A DNA stretch of 64,000 nucleotides from an uncultured Granulicatella sp. (GTDB taxonomy: Bacteria > Bacillota > Bacilli > Lactobacillales > Aerococcaceae): positions 3,902 through 67,901 of the forward strand of contig NZ_CAURVN010000002.1 of NCBI RefSeq assembly GCF_963528195.1. The letters run 5' to 3'. Below, piece by piece: positions 51,459 through 60,776 of the stretch. Under the pieces are notes generated by a model, which was not told the origin of the DNA, ran no database searches, and was given only the letters and a program-made list of their open reading frames with translations. Within the stretch, counting starts at the first letter, position 1. Each line of letters begins with the position of its first letter. A program made the translations under genes and the position numbers.

Positions 51459-51737
51459 CTAACTATTTAAGAAATCTATAATTTTTTGTAACTCTTGTTT
51501 TTGACCCATTCCTGTTAAAAATGCAATTCCGTTAAACACTGGAACTCCATAGTCTTTTTTTGCTTTAACGATTGAAATATATCCATCTGCTGATTTTAAA
51601 TGCATTTCTAACGCCTTCATATCAACAGCTTCAATCTCACACGGTACGTTAGCTTCTTTTAATAATCTTTCAACTTTTGATGCTACTGTTTGAGAAGTAG
51701 CCACTCCTGATCCACATGCAACAATTAATTTTTTCAT
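51459..51737 (-). CDS. PTS EIIB component (galactitol/lactose-type, Cys phosphorylation site)
   Basis: MKKLIVACGSGVATSQ. The ATG overlaps the EIIA stop (TGATG). Confidence 0.88.
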   Translation of the reverse strand: MKKLIVACGSGVATSQTVASKVERLLKEANVPCEIEAVDMKALEMHLKSADGYISIVKAKKDYGVPVFNGIAFLTGMGQKQELQKIIDFLNS

Positions 51738-52222
51738 CACTCTTCCTCCATTTCTACTGTTACAAATAATTGATAAACTTCTTCTTCCGATTTTGCATTT
51801 TGCAATTTTGTAATAAATTCATCTTGTCCAAAAATACTCATTAGTTCAACTAACAAACCTGTTTGATTTTTGGGTTCAGAAATTCCTAATACAATTACAA
51901 AATTTACAGGAACCTCTTCATCCGATGTTCCCATCTGAATAAAAGTTATAGGTTTTGATAATTTAACAATGTAAATAAAAGGTTTTTTTACATATTCACT
52001 ATACGTATGCGGAATTGCTACTGCTGTTTTTTCTAATCTTAATCCTGTCGGAAATTCCTCCTCTCTTTCCACAATTGCAGATGCAAATCCATCTGTTACA
52101 AACCCTTTATCAAACAAAGTTTTAGACAATTTTTGAAGCAATTCTTTTTTGTCTTCACCCACTCCTTCTAAATTAATTAATTGTTTATTGACTAACTGTG
52201 ATATAATTGTCATTTTTTTCAC
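51737..52222 (-). CDS. PTS EIIA component (fructose/mannitol family, PTS_EIIA_2)
   Basis: 161 aa. Has an AIPHT active-site His region. Confidence 0.85.
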   Translation of the reverse strand: MKKMTIISQLVNKQLINLEGVGEDKKELLQKLSKTLFDKGFVTDGFASAIVEREEEFPTGLRLEKTAVAIPHTYSEYVKKPFIYIVKLSKPITFIQMGTSDEEVPVNFVIVLGISEPKNQTGLLVELMSIFGQDEFITKLQNAKSEEEVYQLFVTVEMEEE

Positions 52223-52225
52223 TCC

Positions 52226-54157
52226 TTATAATATTGATTCAAAGTTAGCTTCTGAAAATAACGCTGTTATAAAACTTTCATGATCTTCGCTCTCCCATAA
52301 ATTTTGAATATAAGAAGAACTATCAATCTTAGAGTAAATAACCTTTAAAGCATCTTTATAAATTTCTAATTCCTTTTCAGCAATTGCAATTAACATTACG
52401 ACTTTAACTAAATTTTGCCCCCAATAAATTGGTTTCTCTAATGTCATCATAATTAATTCACTAGTATGAACTTCTTTTGGATTAGCATGAGGAAGTGCTA
52501 TACCAGTGTAAGTACTTGTAATTCCTAAATTTTCTCTGTGGCGTATAGTCTTTTCAAATTTTATATTTTCAAGATTTTTCTCATTAGCCAATTGGATTAT
52601 TTTGGACAAACACTTATCTACACTACTTACTTTTTCTCTAATATATATCGATTTTCCAAGTAATTTTTTGATGAGTCGATTCGTATATTCTTCATCATTT
52701 TTCGTTAAAAAATTATATTGTGTTTGCTCCATTGTATTGGCTAAAAATTTTCTTTGGATTTTTAATAAATCATCTTCTTTCATAATCGTTCCAACATGTA
52801 TGTACGGAAACGACACATTCTTTAATTCCACAGAACTAATCACTAAATCGTTTATGCTAATATCTAAAGAACTTACTTTGGAATATTCTACTTTATGAAT
52901 ATGTTCGTACTGACCTGTTATTTTTCTAACTTGATTCAATAATAATTCTGATGTTGCTAAACTATGTGGACATATTACATAAATATTCATTGGTTTTTTT
53001 ATTTTTTCTACTGATATTTCCAAATGTATAGTTAAAAGTGCTGCTTCATTATCTGTTAATTCAACATTAAAATTATTCTTAAAAACCTTTCCTGATAACC
53101 AAACAAAGTTATACAAGACTCCATACTGGTATTTAATTTCTTCCATCAAATCACTTTTTAAATGAATTTTATTTCGTAACCTCATAATCATTGCTGGAAT
53201 ATGATTGATTAACATTCCTCTTAAATACTCATCTTGTTCAAAATGAATACCTGCCAACTCACCAACTAATGCTATGAATTCATCTACCGTTTTCTCAATT
53301 TGAACATTAGACTCTAAATAAGAATTTTCATAATTCCCAATAGTAATTAAACTTTGGCAAAGAGAAATAATCTCCTTTTCGGCAACTTCTGTTCCAGAAA
53401 CTTCATTCAACAAATCTCTAGCCAGTAAATATGTCTCAATAATTTTAGGATTATTGCTATCTAAATCATTTTGTTGTTCTATAAAGTATCCATTTCTCCA
53501 ACGAATATCAAAAATTATCAAATCCATTAATAAATAATGACGATATTCATAGCAAACTGAAAACTTATACTTTTCTAACAGCTGATTCATAATTTGGATA
53601 ATTTCTTGAACTCTATTCGGATTAATACATCCATAATTCGATAATCCTGTTAAATTAAAATGAATTAATCCACTTAATAGCTTATTACGAAAGAACTTTC
53701 TAATATTGTCTTCCAACCCTTCCAAAGCTATTTTTCCTTGTTGCTTAATCAACTTAATTCCATTCTTATTAATCTCTTTTTCTAGTTCATGAATTTCTCT
53801 TCTTATAGTTGATTCACTTGTGAAATTTTCAATGGAGCAATCTAGAATATCTATTTCATTTTTCAGCATAAATGTAGATAATAGTTTACACTCTTCATTT
53901 TGCTTATTTGTTTTTGGTGAAACGAGAAAAATTTTCTTCAATTGTTCTTTATATTTTTCATCTATTTCAATATAAATTCCCATACTAGGTTTTTTCTTTA
54001 TAACTGAAGAAAAAGCTTTTAAATATTGATTAATAACTGAAATATCATTGTAAATTGTTTTAGTGGAAACTAAATACTGTTGAGCTAATAACTTTCCTGT
54101 TACAGGCTCGGTTTCTTGAATTAATCGATTCAATAGATCTACCTGTCTATTATTCAT
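52226..54157 (-). CDS. PRD-domain transcriptional regulator (HTH - PRD - EIIB-like - EIIA-like; MtlR/BglG family)
   Basis: N-terminal HTH, an internal VICPHSLATSELL (EIIB-like Cys), and a C-terminal GIALPHA (EIIA-like His). The ATG at 54157 lies 8 nt after GGAGGG. Confidence 0.82.
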   Translation of the reverse strand: MNNRQVDLLNRLIQETEPVTGKLLAQQYLVSTKTIYNDISVINQYLKAFSSVIKKKPSMGIYIEIDEKYKEQLKKIFLVSPKTNKQNEECKLLSTFMLKNEIDILDCSIENFTSESTIRREIHELEKEINKNGIKLIKQQGKIALEGLEDNIRKFFRNKLLSGLIHFNLTGLSNYGCINPNRVQEIIQIMNQLLEKYKFSVCYEYRHYLLMDLIIFDIRWRNGYFIEQQNDLDSNNPKIIETYLLARDLLNEVSGTEVAEKEIISLCQSLITIGNYENSYLESNVQIEKTVDEFIALVGELAGIHFEQDEYLRGMLINHIPAMIMRLRNKIHLKSDLMEEIKYQYGVLYNFVWLSGKVFKNNFNVELTDNEAALLTIHLEISVEKIKKPMNIYVICPHSLATSELLLNQVRKITGQYEHIHKVEYSKVSSLDISINDLVISSVELKNVSFPYIHVGTIMKEDDLLKIQRKFLANTMEQTQYNFLTKNDEEYTNRLIKKLLGKSIYIREKVSSVDKCLSKIIQLANEKNLENIKFEKTIRHRENLGITSTYTGIALPHANPKEVHTSELIMMTLEKPIYWGQNLVKVVMLIAIAEKELEIYKDALKVIYSKIDSSSYIQNLWESEDHESFITALFSEANFESIL

Positions 54158-54192
54158 TAAAATCACCCTCCATATATTTCCACATCTTTATT

Positions 54193-54206
54193 TTAAATCG
54201 CTTTCA
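54193..54206. promoter_or_regulatory. weak candidate cre site in the regulator leader
   Basis: TTAAATCGCTTTCA lacks the conserved G at position 2. Confidence 0.2.
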
Positions 54207-54436
54207 ATAATATATTAAGTCAACTTTTTTCCAGAACATTGTGGAAGTCTTATTCTTTTCTTTTTTAATTACAATTTTCCATGTATAAAAAACAAGGAAT
54301 TTATTTCCTGTTATTTTCCTACTTTATCCCCTTACAATCAATACCCTCTATAAAATTTGTAAATCAAAAATATAAAAAACGACTTTTAACTATTAGAAGA
54401 AATCTAACAGTAAAAGTCGTTAATTTATCCTAAATT

Positions 54437-57088
54437 CTACTCTTCCCCCATACCAGGTTGATATGCAAGAACACCTAATCCCATAAAGATGACTAGTGTC
54501 ACACTTAAGAATACAACTTGTTCTTGAATCATTCCTACCATAGAAATCGTTTGACGTAATCCTGATACTGAATAACTCATCGGAAGCCATGGATTAATCG
54601 TTTTGAAGAAATCATTCGTCAATGCAAGAGGATAAGTCCCTGCGCTTGATGCTAATTGTAATAATAATAAGATAAGTGAGAAGAAGGCTCCCACTCGAGA
54701 ATTCCATGTCGTTAGTGCTGTTACGATTGACATAAATGTTACACTCGCTAATAGAATCAATAATAATGTCTTCATTTCATGTACCGCTGTTAATCCTATC
54801 AAGTGTACTCCACCATAAACAAGTATTCCTGCTAATACCGCAATAATTCCATTAACTTCTAAACGAGCTTTGAACCATGCCCAACGAGTTTCTGGCTGTC
54901 TTCCAGATGGAAGTTTCGCAAAAATCATATTCGTTGATAATGCTGCTACAAATAATGCCACAGAAATCATATATGGAGCCATCGCAATTCCGTTAACCGA
55001 TACTGCATCATCATCTGTTTTCGATAACGCCAATGGATTTGATAAAGTTTTCGCATTCGTCTCTTCTGTTGAAGCTAATGCTAATTGTTCATTTGCATCC
55101 ATTAATCCAGTACTTAATGTAGTAACTCCTCCATATAAAGTTTCTAAACCAGATGAAAGAGTATTTCCTCCATCAGCAAGTTTTTCTGCACCATCTGCAA
55201 TTTTTTGTGATCCGTCTGTTAATTTAGAAGAACCCGAAAGAAGTTGTTCAGATTTTTGATTTAGCTGATTTGTTCCTGCTTGCAAGTTAGTAATTCCAGA
55301 TACTAATTCTGAAGATTTTTGATTTAATTGGTTACTTCCAGAAGAAATTTTTTCAATACCTGTGACTAGTTCAGGAGCTTTTTGCGCCAATTGTCCAACT
55401 CCAGAAGTTAAAGTTGAAGATTTTTCGGCCAATTGAGAAGAACCTGACGCTAACTGGCTGACACTACCGTTTAAAGTACTGTTTTTAGAGCTTAAAGCAT
55501 TGGCTCCTTGCGCAACTTTATCCACTCCACTTGTATAAGCACCTACACCACTTTGAATAGCTTGGCTAGCTGGAACTAGTTGTTGACTGACTGCCGATTG
55601 TAATGTTCCAATCCCTCCTGATAATTGTGTTAATGAAGTAGAAGCTAATGGTAATACTTGTCCTGCTGCGGATTGTAATTTAGCGACACTTTCTGCTTGA
55701 GATTTTGCATTTCCCAAATTCCCTTTTAATACTTGAATCGTCGATAAAATTTCTTTTGCAGATTGCACACTTGTATTTGATTGATTTGATACAGCTACTG
55801 TTAATTCTGCTTGCTGTTCAGCACTTAAAGTGCTATACGCATTTGTTGATTGAATGGCTGTTAATGCAGCTTGTTGAGAAGCTTGACTATTTACTATTAC
55901 ACTTTGTGCTGAAGCTGCGATTGTAGATAAAGCATTGGTTACTTCACCCATTAAAGCTGTACTTTCATTTGCATTCGCTGATTGAATCGCTTGATTTAAT
56001 TGATCTAACCCAGCTGCCAATTGAGAAATTTGAATACTTTTTTGTGCAGATGCCTCTAATTGACTCGATAATTGCTGAATTCCTTGATTCAATTGTTGAA
56101 CTCCATTTCGCAATTTGTCTGATTGGCCTGCTAATTGACTTGCACCTGAAGATAAACTATCCACTCCAGATGTATATGCTTGAACTCCACTAGATAATTG
56201 ATTCAACCCTGAGTCTAGTTTCACCACTCCACCAGCATATGCTTGAACCCCATCATTTAATTGTTGGATTCCAAAAGCTAATTCTGGAGTTTTAGAAGAT
56301 AATTGATTTAAGCCATTATCTAATTGAGAAACAGCTCCTGTATATGTTAATAATCCATTATGGAATGTCGTTATACCTGCATCAATTTTTTTCACAGCAT
56401 CTGTGTAAGTTGCTAGTCCATTCGTAAATTGCTCTGCTCCATTTGAAAAAGTGACACTCGATTGAGCTAAAGTTTGTAAGTTAGTCGCTAATTGTTGACT
56501 TCCATCTTTTAATTGATTAGACCCATCAGCAAGAGTTTGACTTCCTTGCGAAGCTTGTTCCATCCCTTCTTTTAAATTCCCCATTTTTTCAAATAAAGTT
56601 TTTGTATAAGTTTCTGTCACATTTTTTGCAACTGTTTGCTTTAATTGAGTCATCGCAGAATCACTCATTTTACTAGCAATAAAACTATGACCACTTGAAG
56701 TTTGATAATCAATATTCATTTGTTCCGGATGATTTGTTAAAATCGATGCAGCTTTTTGGGATAAATCACTAGGTAAAGTCACAACCATATAATAAGTACC
56801 ATTTTCTAGTCCTTCCACACCATCTGCTTCTGTAACAAAATGAAAATCTAACGAATCATTTTCCTTCAAATTCGAGACCATGTCTTCTCCAATGTTCATT
56901 GATTTCTCGTTATAAGTAGCTGGCTGATCTTTATTCACAACTGCTACTGGCAATTCAGATAATTTTCCATATGGATCCCACATAGAAGATAAAAATATAA
57001 TATTATACAAAGCAGGAATAAGAGCAATCCCTACCATAACAATTATAAAAGTTGGTTTTTTTAAAACTGCTTTCCATTCTCTAAACAT
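54437..57088 (-). CDS. YhgE/Pip (phage infection protein) family membrane protein
   Basis: One N-terminal TM helix, a long Gln/Ser/Leu-rich repetitive ectodomain, and five C-terminal TM helices. The ATG at 57088 has an AGAGGG RBS. Confidence 0.88.
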   Translation of the reverse strand: MFREWKAVLKKPTFIIVMVGIALIPALYNIIFLSSMWDPYGKLSELPVAVVNKDQPATYNEKSMNIGEDMVSNLKENDSLDFHFVTEADGVEGLENGTYYMVVTLPSDLSQKAASILTNHPEQMNIDYQTSSGHSFIASKMSDSAMTQLKQTVAKNVTETYTKTLFEKMGNLKEGMEQASQGSQTLADGSNQLKDGSQQLATNLQTLAQSSVTFSNGAEQFTNGLATYTDAVKKIDAGITTFHNGLLTYTGAVSQLDNGLNQLSSKTPELAFGIQQLNDGVQAYAGGVVKLDSGLNQLSSGVQAYTSGVDSLSSGASQLAGQSDKLRNGVQQLNQGIQQLSSQLEASAQKSIQISQLAAGLDQLNQAIQSANANESTALMGEVTNALSTIAASAQSVIVNSQASQQAALTAIQSTNAYSTLSAEQQAELTVAVSNQSNTSVQSAKEILSTIQVLKGNLGNAKSQAESVAKLQSAAGQVLPLASTSLTQLSGGIGTLQSAVSQQLVPASQAIQSGVGAYTSGVDKVAQGANALSSKNSTLNGSVSQLASGSSQLAEKSSTLTSGVGQLAQKAPELVTGIEKISSGSNQLNQKSSELVSGITNLQAGTNQLNQKSEQLLSGSSKLTDGSQKIADGAEKLADGGNTLSSGLETLYGGVTTLSTGLMDANEQLALASTEETNAKTLSNPLALSKTDDDAVSVNGIAMAPYMISVALFVAALSTNMIFAKLPSGRQPETRWAWFKARLEVNGIIAVLAGILVYGGVHLIGLTAVHEMKTLLLILLASVTFMSIVTALTTWNSRVGAFFSLILLLLQLASSAGTYPLALTNDFFKTINPWLPMSYSVSGLRQTISMVGMIQEQVVFLSVTLVIFMGLGVLAYQPGMGEE

Positions 57089-57103
57089 ATAAGCCCTCTT
57101 TTC

Positions 57104-57118
57104 TGTACACAATGTCTA
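57104..57118. promoter_or_regulatory. candidate TetR operator 1 (TGTACACAATGTCTA)
   Basis: Shares the ACACAATGT core with 57180-57194. Lies in the pip leader. Confidence 0.4.
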
Positions 57119-57179
57119 ATTTTTGATAAAATAGATTATACAACAAGAAAACAATATATCAAGTGATTAAAAATATTTT

Positions 57180-57194
57180 TAGACACAATGTATA
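57180..57194. promoter_or_regulatory. candidate TetR operator 2 (TAGACACAATGTATA)
   Basis: Imperfect palindrome TAGACA..TGTATA just upstream of the tetR RBS. Confidence 0.4.
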
Positions 57195-57217
57195 AAAATG
57201 TTCATAAAGGAGATATT

Positions 57218-57778
57218 ATGACAGAGAGTAATAAAAGACAAAAAACAAAACAAGTGATTGAAGATGCCATGGTACAATTACTAGCAGAACAGCCTTTCGA
57301 CCAAATTAGTACTGTAAAATTAGCGGAAACAGCTGGAATTAGTCGTTCCAGTTTTTATACCCATTACAAAGATAAATACGATATGATTGATCTCTACCAA
57401 AGTAGACTGTTCCATACACTAGAATATATTTTTAGCAAGTATGCCAACGATAAACAACAAGCTATTTTTGAAGTATTTGAATATTTACAATCTGAACCCC
57501 TTTTAGCCGCATTATTATCCGAAAATGGTACAAAAGAAATTCAAAATTATCTTCGAAATAAATTACTTATTCTTGTAAAGACAGATATCGAAAAAAGAAT
57601 TTCTACCAATTCTTTAAATATAATAGAATTAGAATATTATAGCGTCTATCTCTCCAATGCATTATTTGGAGTTTGTCAAAAATGGATTGCCCGTGGAAAA
57701 AAAGAAAGTCCTCAAGAAATTACAGACTTTTTATTTCCACTAACAAATACAGTCAGTGAAGTTTTCTCTAAAAAGTAG
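57218..57778 (+). CDS. TetR/AcrR family transcriptional regulator
   Basis: Contains FDQISTVKLAETAGISRSSFYTHYKDKYDM. The ATG at 57218 follows AAAGGAG. Confidence 0.9.
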   Translation: MTESNKRQKTKQVIEDAMVQLLAEQPFDQISTVKLAETAGISRSSFYTHYKDKYDMIDLYQSRLFHTLEYIFSKYANDKQQAIFEVFEYLQSEPLLAALLSENGTKEIQNYLRNKLLILVKTDIEKRISTNSLNIIELEYYSVYLSNALFGVCQKWIARGKKESPQEITDFLFPLTNTVSEVFSKK

Positions 57779-57783
57779 ATAAC

Positions 57784-57826
57784 AAAAAGGCATAAATCAT
57801 ACGCTCAAGATTTATGCCTTTTTTGA
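57784..57826. terminator. bidirectional terminator
   Basis: AAGGCATAAATC-N10-GATTTATGCCTT followed by TTTT. Confidence 0.8.
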
Positions 57827-57845
57827 TGTTTTAAAAACAAGAAGA

Positions 57846-57890
57846 AAAAATTTTAGCCATGAGACTCGCACGCGAGGCTGCTGGCGACCT
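57846..57890. repeat. REP-like structured intergenic element, copy B
   Basis: ttagccatgagactcgcacgcgaggctgctggcgacct (57853-57890). It lies 35 nt past the stop of the minus-strand permease/SBP gene, in the same orientation as copy A. Confidence 0.7.
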
Positions 57891-57925
57891 CACAAACAAA
57901 AAGATTTTTTTCTTGGCTTTTCTCA

Positions 57926-59443
57926 CTATTTCAAAAGATTAACTTTCACTAAATATTCTCTAGCAACTTCTTCAGCAGGTCTTCCATTTGCCCCTACTTC
58001 AAAATTCATTTGGCTCATTTCTTCTTCAGAAATTTTTCCAGCTAATTGATTCAAAATCCCTTCTAATTCAGGATGTTTTTTCAACAAGTCTTGTTTCATT
58101 AAAGGAGCCCCTTGATACGGTGGGAATAATTGTTTATCATCCTCTAATACTTTTAATTGGTAACGTGAAATTTCTGCATCTGTTGAATAAGCATCTGTAA
58201 CTTGAATATCACCAGATTGAATAGCTTGATAACGTAATGCAGGTTCCATTGTGGCTACATCCAATTGTAAGCCATACATACTTTGCAATCCTTTATTTCC
58301 ATCTTCACGGTCATTAAATTCTAATGTAAATCCAGCTTTTAATGGACGGTTCACTTTTTTCAAATCAGAAATTTTTGTTAATTTTTCAGCTTCTGCTAAT
58401 TGTTTTGGCACGGCAACTGCATAAGTATTTTGATATGCCATTGGTTTTAAAAATACAAAACCATCTTGTTCTAAAATTCCTTTACGAGCTACTTCATACA
58501 CTTCTTCAGGTTCATGACTAACTTTTGGTTTATTCTTCAATAAACTTTCTGTAATCGTTCCTGAAAATTCTGGGTAAATATCAATGTCCCCTTTTTTCAA
58601 TGCTTCATATAAGAAATTCGTTTTTCCAAAGTTTGGTTTCACTTCGACTTTTAATTTTGTTTGATCTTCGATTAATAACTTATACATATTCATCAAAATC
58701 TCAGGTTCTGGTCCTAATTTTCCTGCGATCACTAGTTTATCTGATGTTTGCATTTTAGCAATTGTTGGTGCATAAGAAGCTCCTAATCCAATGATTAAAA
58801 CTAAAAAGGCTGACAGAATCGTTTTTAATTTTGCTGTTTCCATCCATTTCAATAAGAAGTTGAATAAAATTGCTAAAATTGCAGCAGAAATAGCTCCAAT
58901 CAAGATTAAACTTGAATTATTTCGGTCAATCCCTAATAAAATAAAGCTTCCTAATCCTCCTGCACCAATTAATGCAGCTAAAGTCGCTGTTCCAATAATA
59001 AATACAGCTGCGGTACGAATCCCAGACATAATTACGGGCATCGCTATAGCAATTTCAATTTTTTTAAGGCGCTCAAATTTTGTCATTCCAAACGCAATTC
59101 CTGCTTCGACTAGACTTTCATCAATTCCTTGTAGCCCTGTAATTGTATTTTGCAAAATTGGGAATAAAGCATATAACACTAAAGTCGTTAAAGCTGGTAA
59201 TGTTCCAATCCCCATTAATGGAATAAATAATCCAATTAACGCTAAAGATGGTAATGTTTGAATAATCCCTGCAATTTGTAATAAAAATCCAGAAATCTTT
59301 TTCGATGGACTGACTAATACTGCAATAGGAATAGCAATTACTACTGCTAATAATAACGCTAATAAAGAAAGTTGAAGGTGTTGCCCTAGAGATAACATCC
59401 ATTCACTATTTCTCTCTTGAAATGTTCGAATGAATTCATTCAT
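57926..59443 (-). CDS. fused ABC permease + substrate-binding domain, quaternary-amine (OpuC/OpuF/EgtU-like) type
   Basis: N-terminal six-TM permease and a C-terminal OpuAC-like SBD. Start MNEFIRTF follows GGGGGAG and overlaps the ATPase stop. Confidence 0.85.
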   Translation of the reverse strand: MNEFIRTFQERNSEWMLSLGQHLQLSLLALLLAVVIAIPIAVLVSPSKKISGFLLQIAGIIQTLPSLALIGLFIPLMGIGTLPALTTLVLYALFPILQNTITGLQGIDESLVEAGIAFGMTKFERLKKIEIAIAMPVIMSGIRTAAVFIIGTATLAALIGAGGLGSFILLGIDRNNSSLILIGAISAAILAILFNFLLKWMETAKLKTILSAFLVLIIGLGASYAPTIAKMQTSDKLVIAGKLGPEPEILMNMYKLLIEDQTKLKVEVKPNFGKTNFLYEALKKGDIDIYPEFSGTITESLLKNKPKVSHEPEEVYEVARKGILEQDGFVFLKPMAYQNTYAVAVPKQLAEAEKLTKISDLKKVNRPLKAGFTLEFNDREDGNKGLQSMYGLQLDVATMEPALRYQAIQSGDIQVTDAYSTDAEISRYQLKVLEDDKQLFPPYQGAPLMKQDLLKKHPELEGILNQLAGKISEEEMSQMNFEVGANGRPAEEVAREYLVKVNLLK

Positions 59444-60167
59444 GTTGTTCTCCCCCTTTAAATAATTCTTTGACAAACTCATTAGCCGGATTTGTTTGAA
59501 TTTCATGAGGAGTGTCTACTTGAACAATTTCTCCATCTTTTAATACAGCAATTCTATCTGCCAACTTTATAGCTTCATCTGTATCATGTGTAACAAATAA
59601 TACTGTCATTTTAAATTCTTGATGTAATTGTTTCGTTAAATCTTGTAATTGTTTACGACTGATGGCATCTAATGCCGAGAAAGGTTCATCCATCAATAAT
59701 ATTTTTGGAGTCGCAATAATTGCCCGAACAATTCCTACTCGTTGTTGCTCTCCACCAGATAATTCTTTTGGATAACGATTCGCATAATCTTCAAAAGAAA
59801 GCCCAACTTTCTCTAATAATACCTTTGTTTTCTCTTGAATTTGTTCTTTTTTCCAACCTTTCATCTCAGGAATTAAAGCAATATTTTCTGCTACGGTTAA
59901 ATTTGGAAAAAGCGCAATTTGTTGCAAAACATATCCTGTTTCTAATCGTAATTCTCGTTGATGATGATCTTTAATTCGCTTGTCATTCAAGTAAATATTT
60001 CCATCTGTTGGTTCGATTAATTGGTTAATCATTTTCATCATCGTCGTTTTCCCTGAACCAGATGGTCCCACTAACACCATAAATTCACCATCTTCAATGC
60101 GTAAATTAACGTCTTTTAAGACGGTTTTTTCTGCGTAGCGCAATGCTACATTTTTGTATTCAATCAC
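59436..60167 (-). CDS. ABC transporter ATP-binding protein (no CBS tail)
   Basis: [28 protein letters not shown]. The GTG start at 60167 follows AGGAGGGG. Confidence 0.9.
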   Translation of the reverse strand: MIEYKNVALRYAEKTVLKDVNLRIEDGEFMVLVGPSGSGKTTMMKMINQLIEPTDGNIYLNDKRIKDHHQRELRLETGYVLQQIALFPNLTVAENIALIPEMKGWKKEQIQEKTKVLLEKVGLSFEDYANRYPKELSGGEQQRVGIVRAIIATPKILLMDEPFSALDAISRKQLQDLTKQLHQEFKMTVLFVTHDTDEAIKLADRIAVLKDGEIVQVDTPHEIQTNPANEFVKELFKGGEQHE

Positions 60168-60190
60168 TGTAACCCCTCCTAACACCTAAA

Positions 60191-60643
60191 TTATTTAAGT
60201 GCTTCATTCTTCCTTAAATTTTGAAGAATTCGATTTAAATATTCTTCTACTTGGATAATTTCTTTTTTACTAAATCCAGAATAAAAAATTTCTCCTAATT
60301 CTTGATGAATTTTCTCTCCAATTTCTTTTTGAGCCCATCCTAATTCCGTTAAGTTTACATATCTTTTTCGTTTGTCTTTTGGACAATGTTTCAAACAAAC
60401 TAAGCCTTGTTCTTCCAATTTTTTAATCATACTTGTTAAGGTATTATTGGCAAGCCCTGTTCGAATACTCAAATCAGTATAAGTAATATATCCCTCTGTA
60501 TCATTCCACAGTACGGATAAAATTTTTGCTTGTTCACTTCTATATAAAGCTTTCGGTTCATTATTTAATAATTTTTGGTAAACTCTTCCATTTACTAATC
60601 CAATATGGTGAATTAAATTTCCACCATGCATCTTCGAAGTCAT
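60191..60643 (-). CDS. MarR family transcriptional regulator
   Basis: 150 aa. Contains TDLSIRTGLANNTLTSMIKKLEEQGLV and KDKRKRYVNLT (the wing). Confidence 0.88.
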   Translation of the reverse strand: MTSKMHGGNLIHHIGLVNGRVYQKLLNNEPKALYRSEQAKILSVLWNDTEGYITYTDLSIRTGLANNTLTSMIKKLEEQGLVCLKHCPKDKRKRYVNLTELGWAQKEIGEKIHQELGEIFYSGFSKKEIIQVEEYLNRILQNLRKNEALK

Positions 60644-60661
60644 ATCAACACTCCTCTTAAA

Positions 60662-60705
60662 ATAGTTCTATATAGAACTATATACCCCTTTATCTATTTT
60701 GTCAA
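60662..60705 (-). promoter_or_regulatory. promoter TTGACA-17-TATAGT overlapped by a 20-bp perfect palindrome ATAGTTCTATATAGAACTAT (candidate MarR operator)
   Basis: Palindrome at 60662-60681. -10 is plus-strand actata at 60677-60682; -35 is plus-strand tgtcaa at 60700-60705. Confidence 0.65.
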
Positions 60706-60776
60706 TTGCTTCCATATAGAAATATTTAAAAATAAAAAAGAAGAGCGTTCTTACTCGAACACTCCTCCTCAATTTA

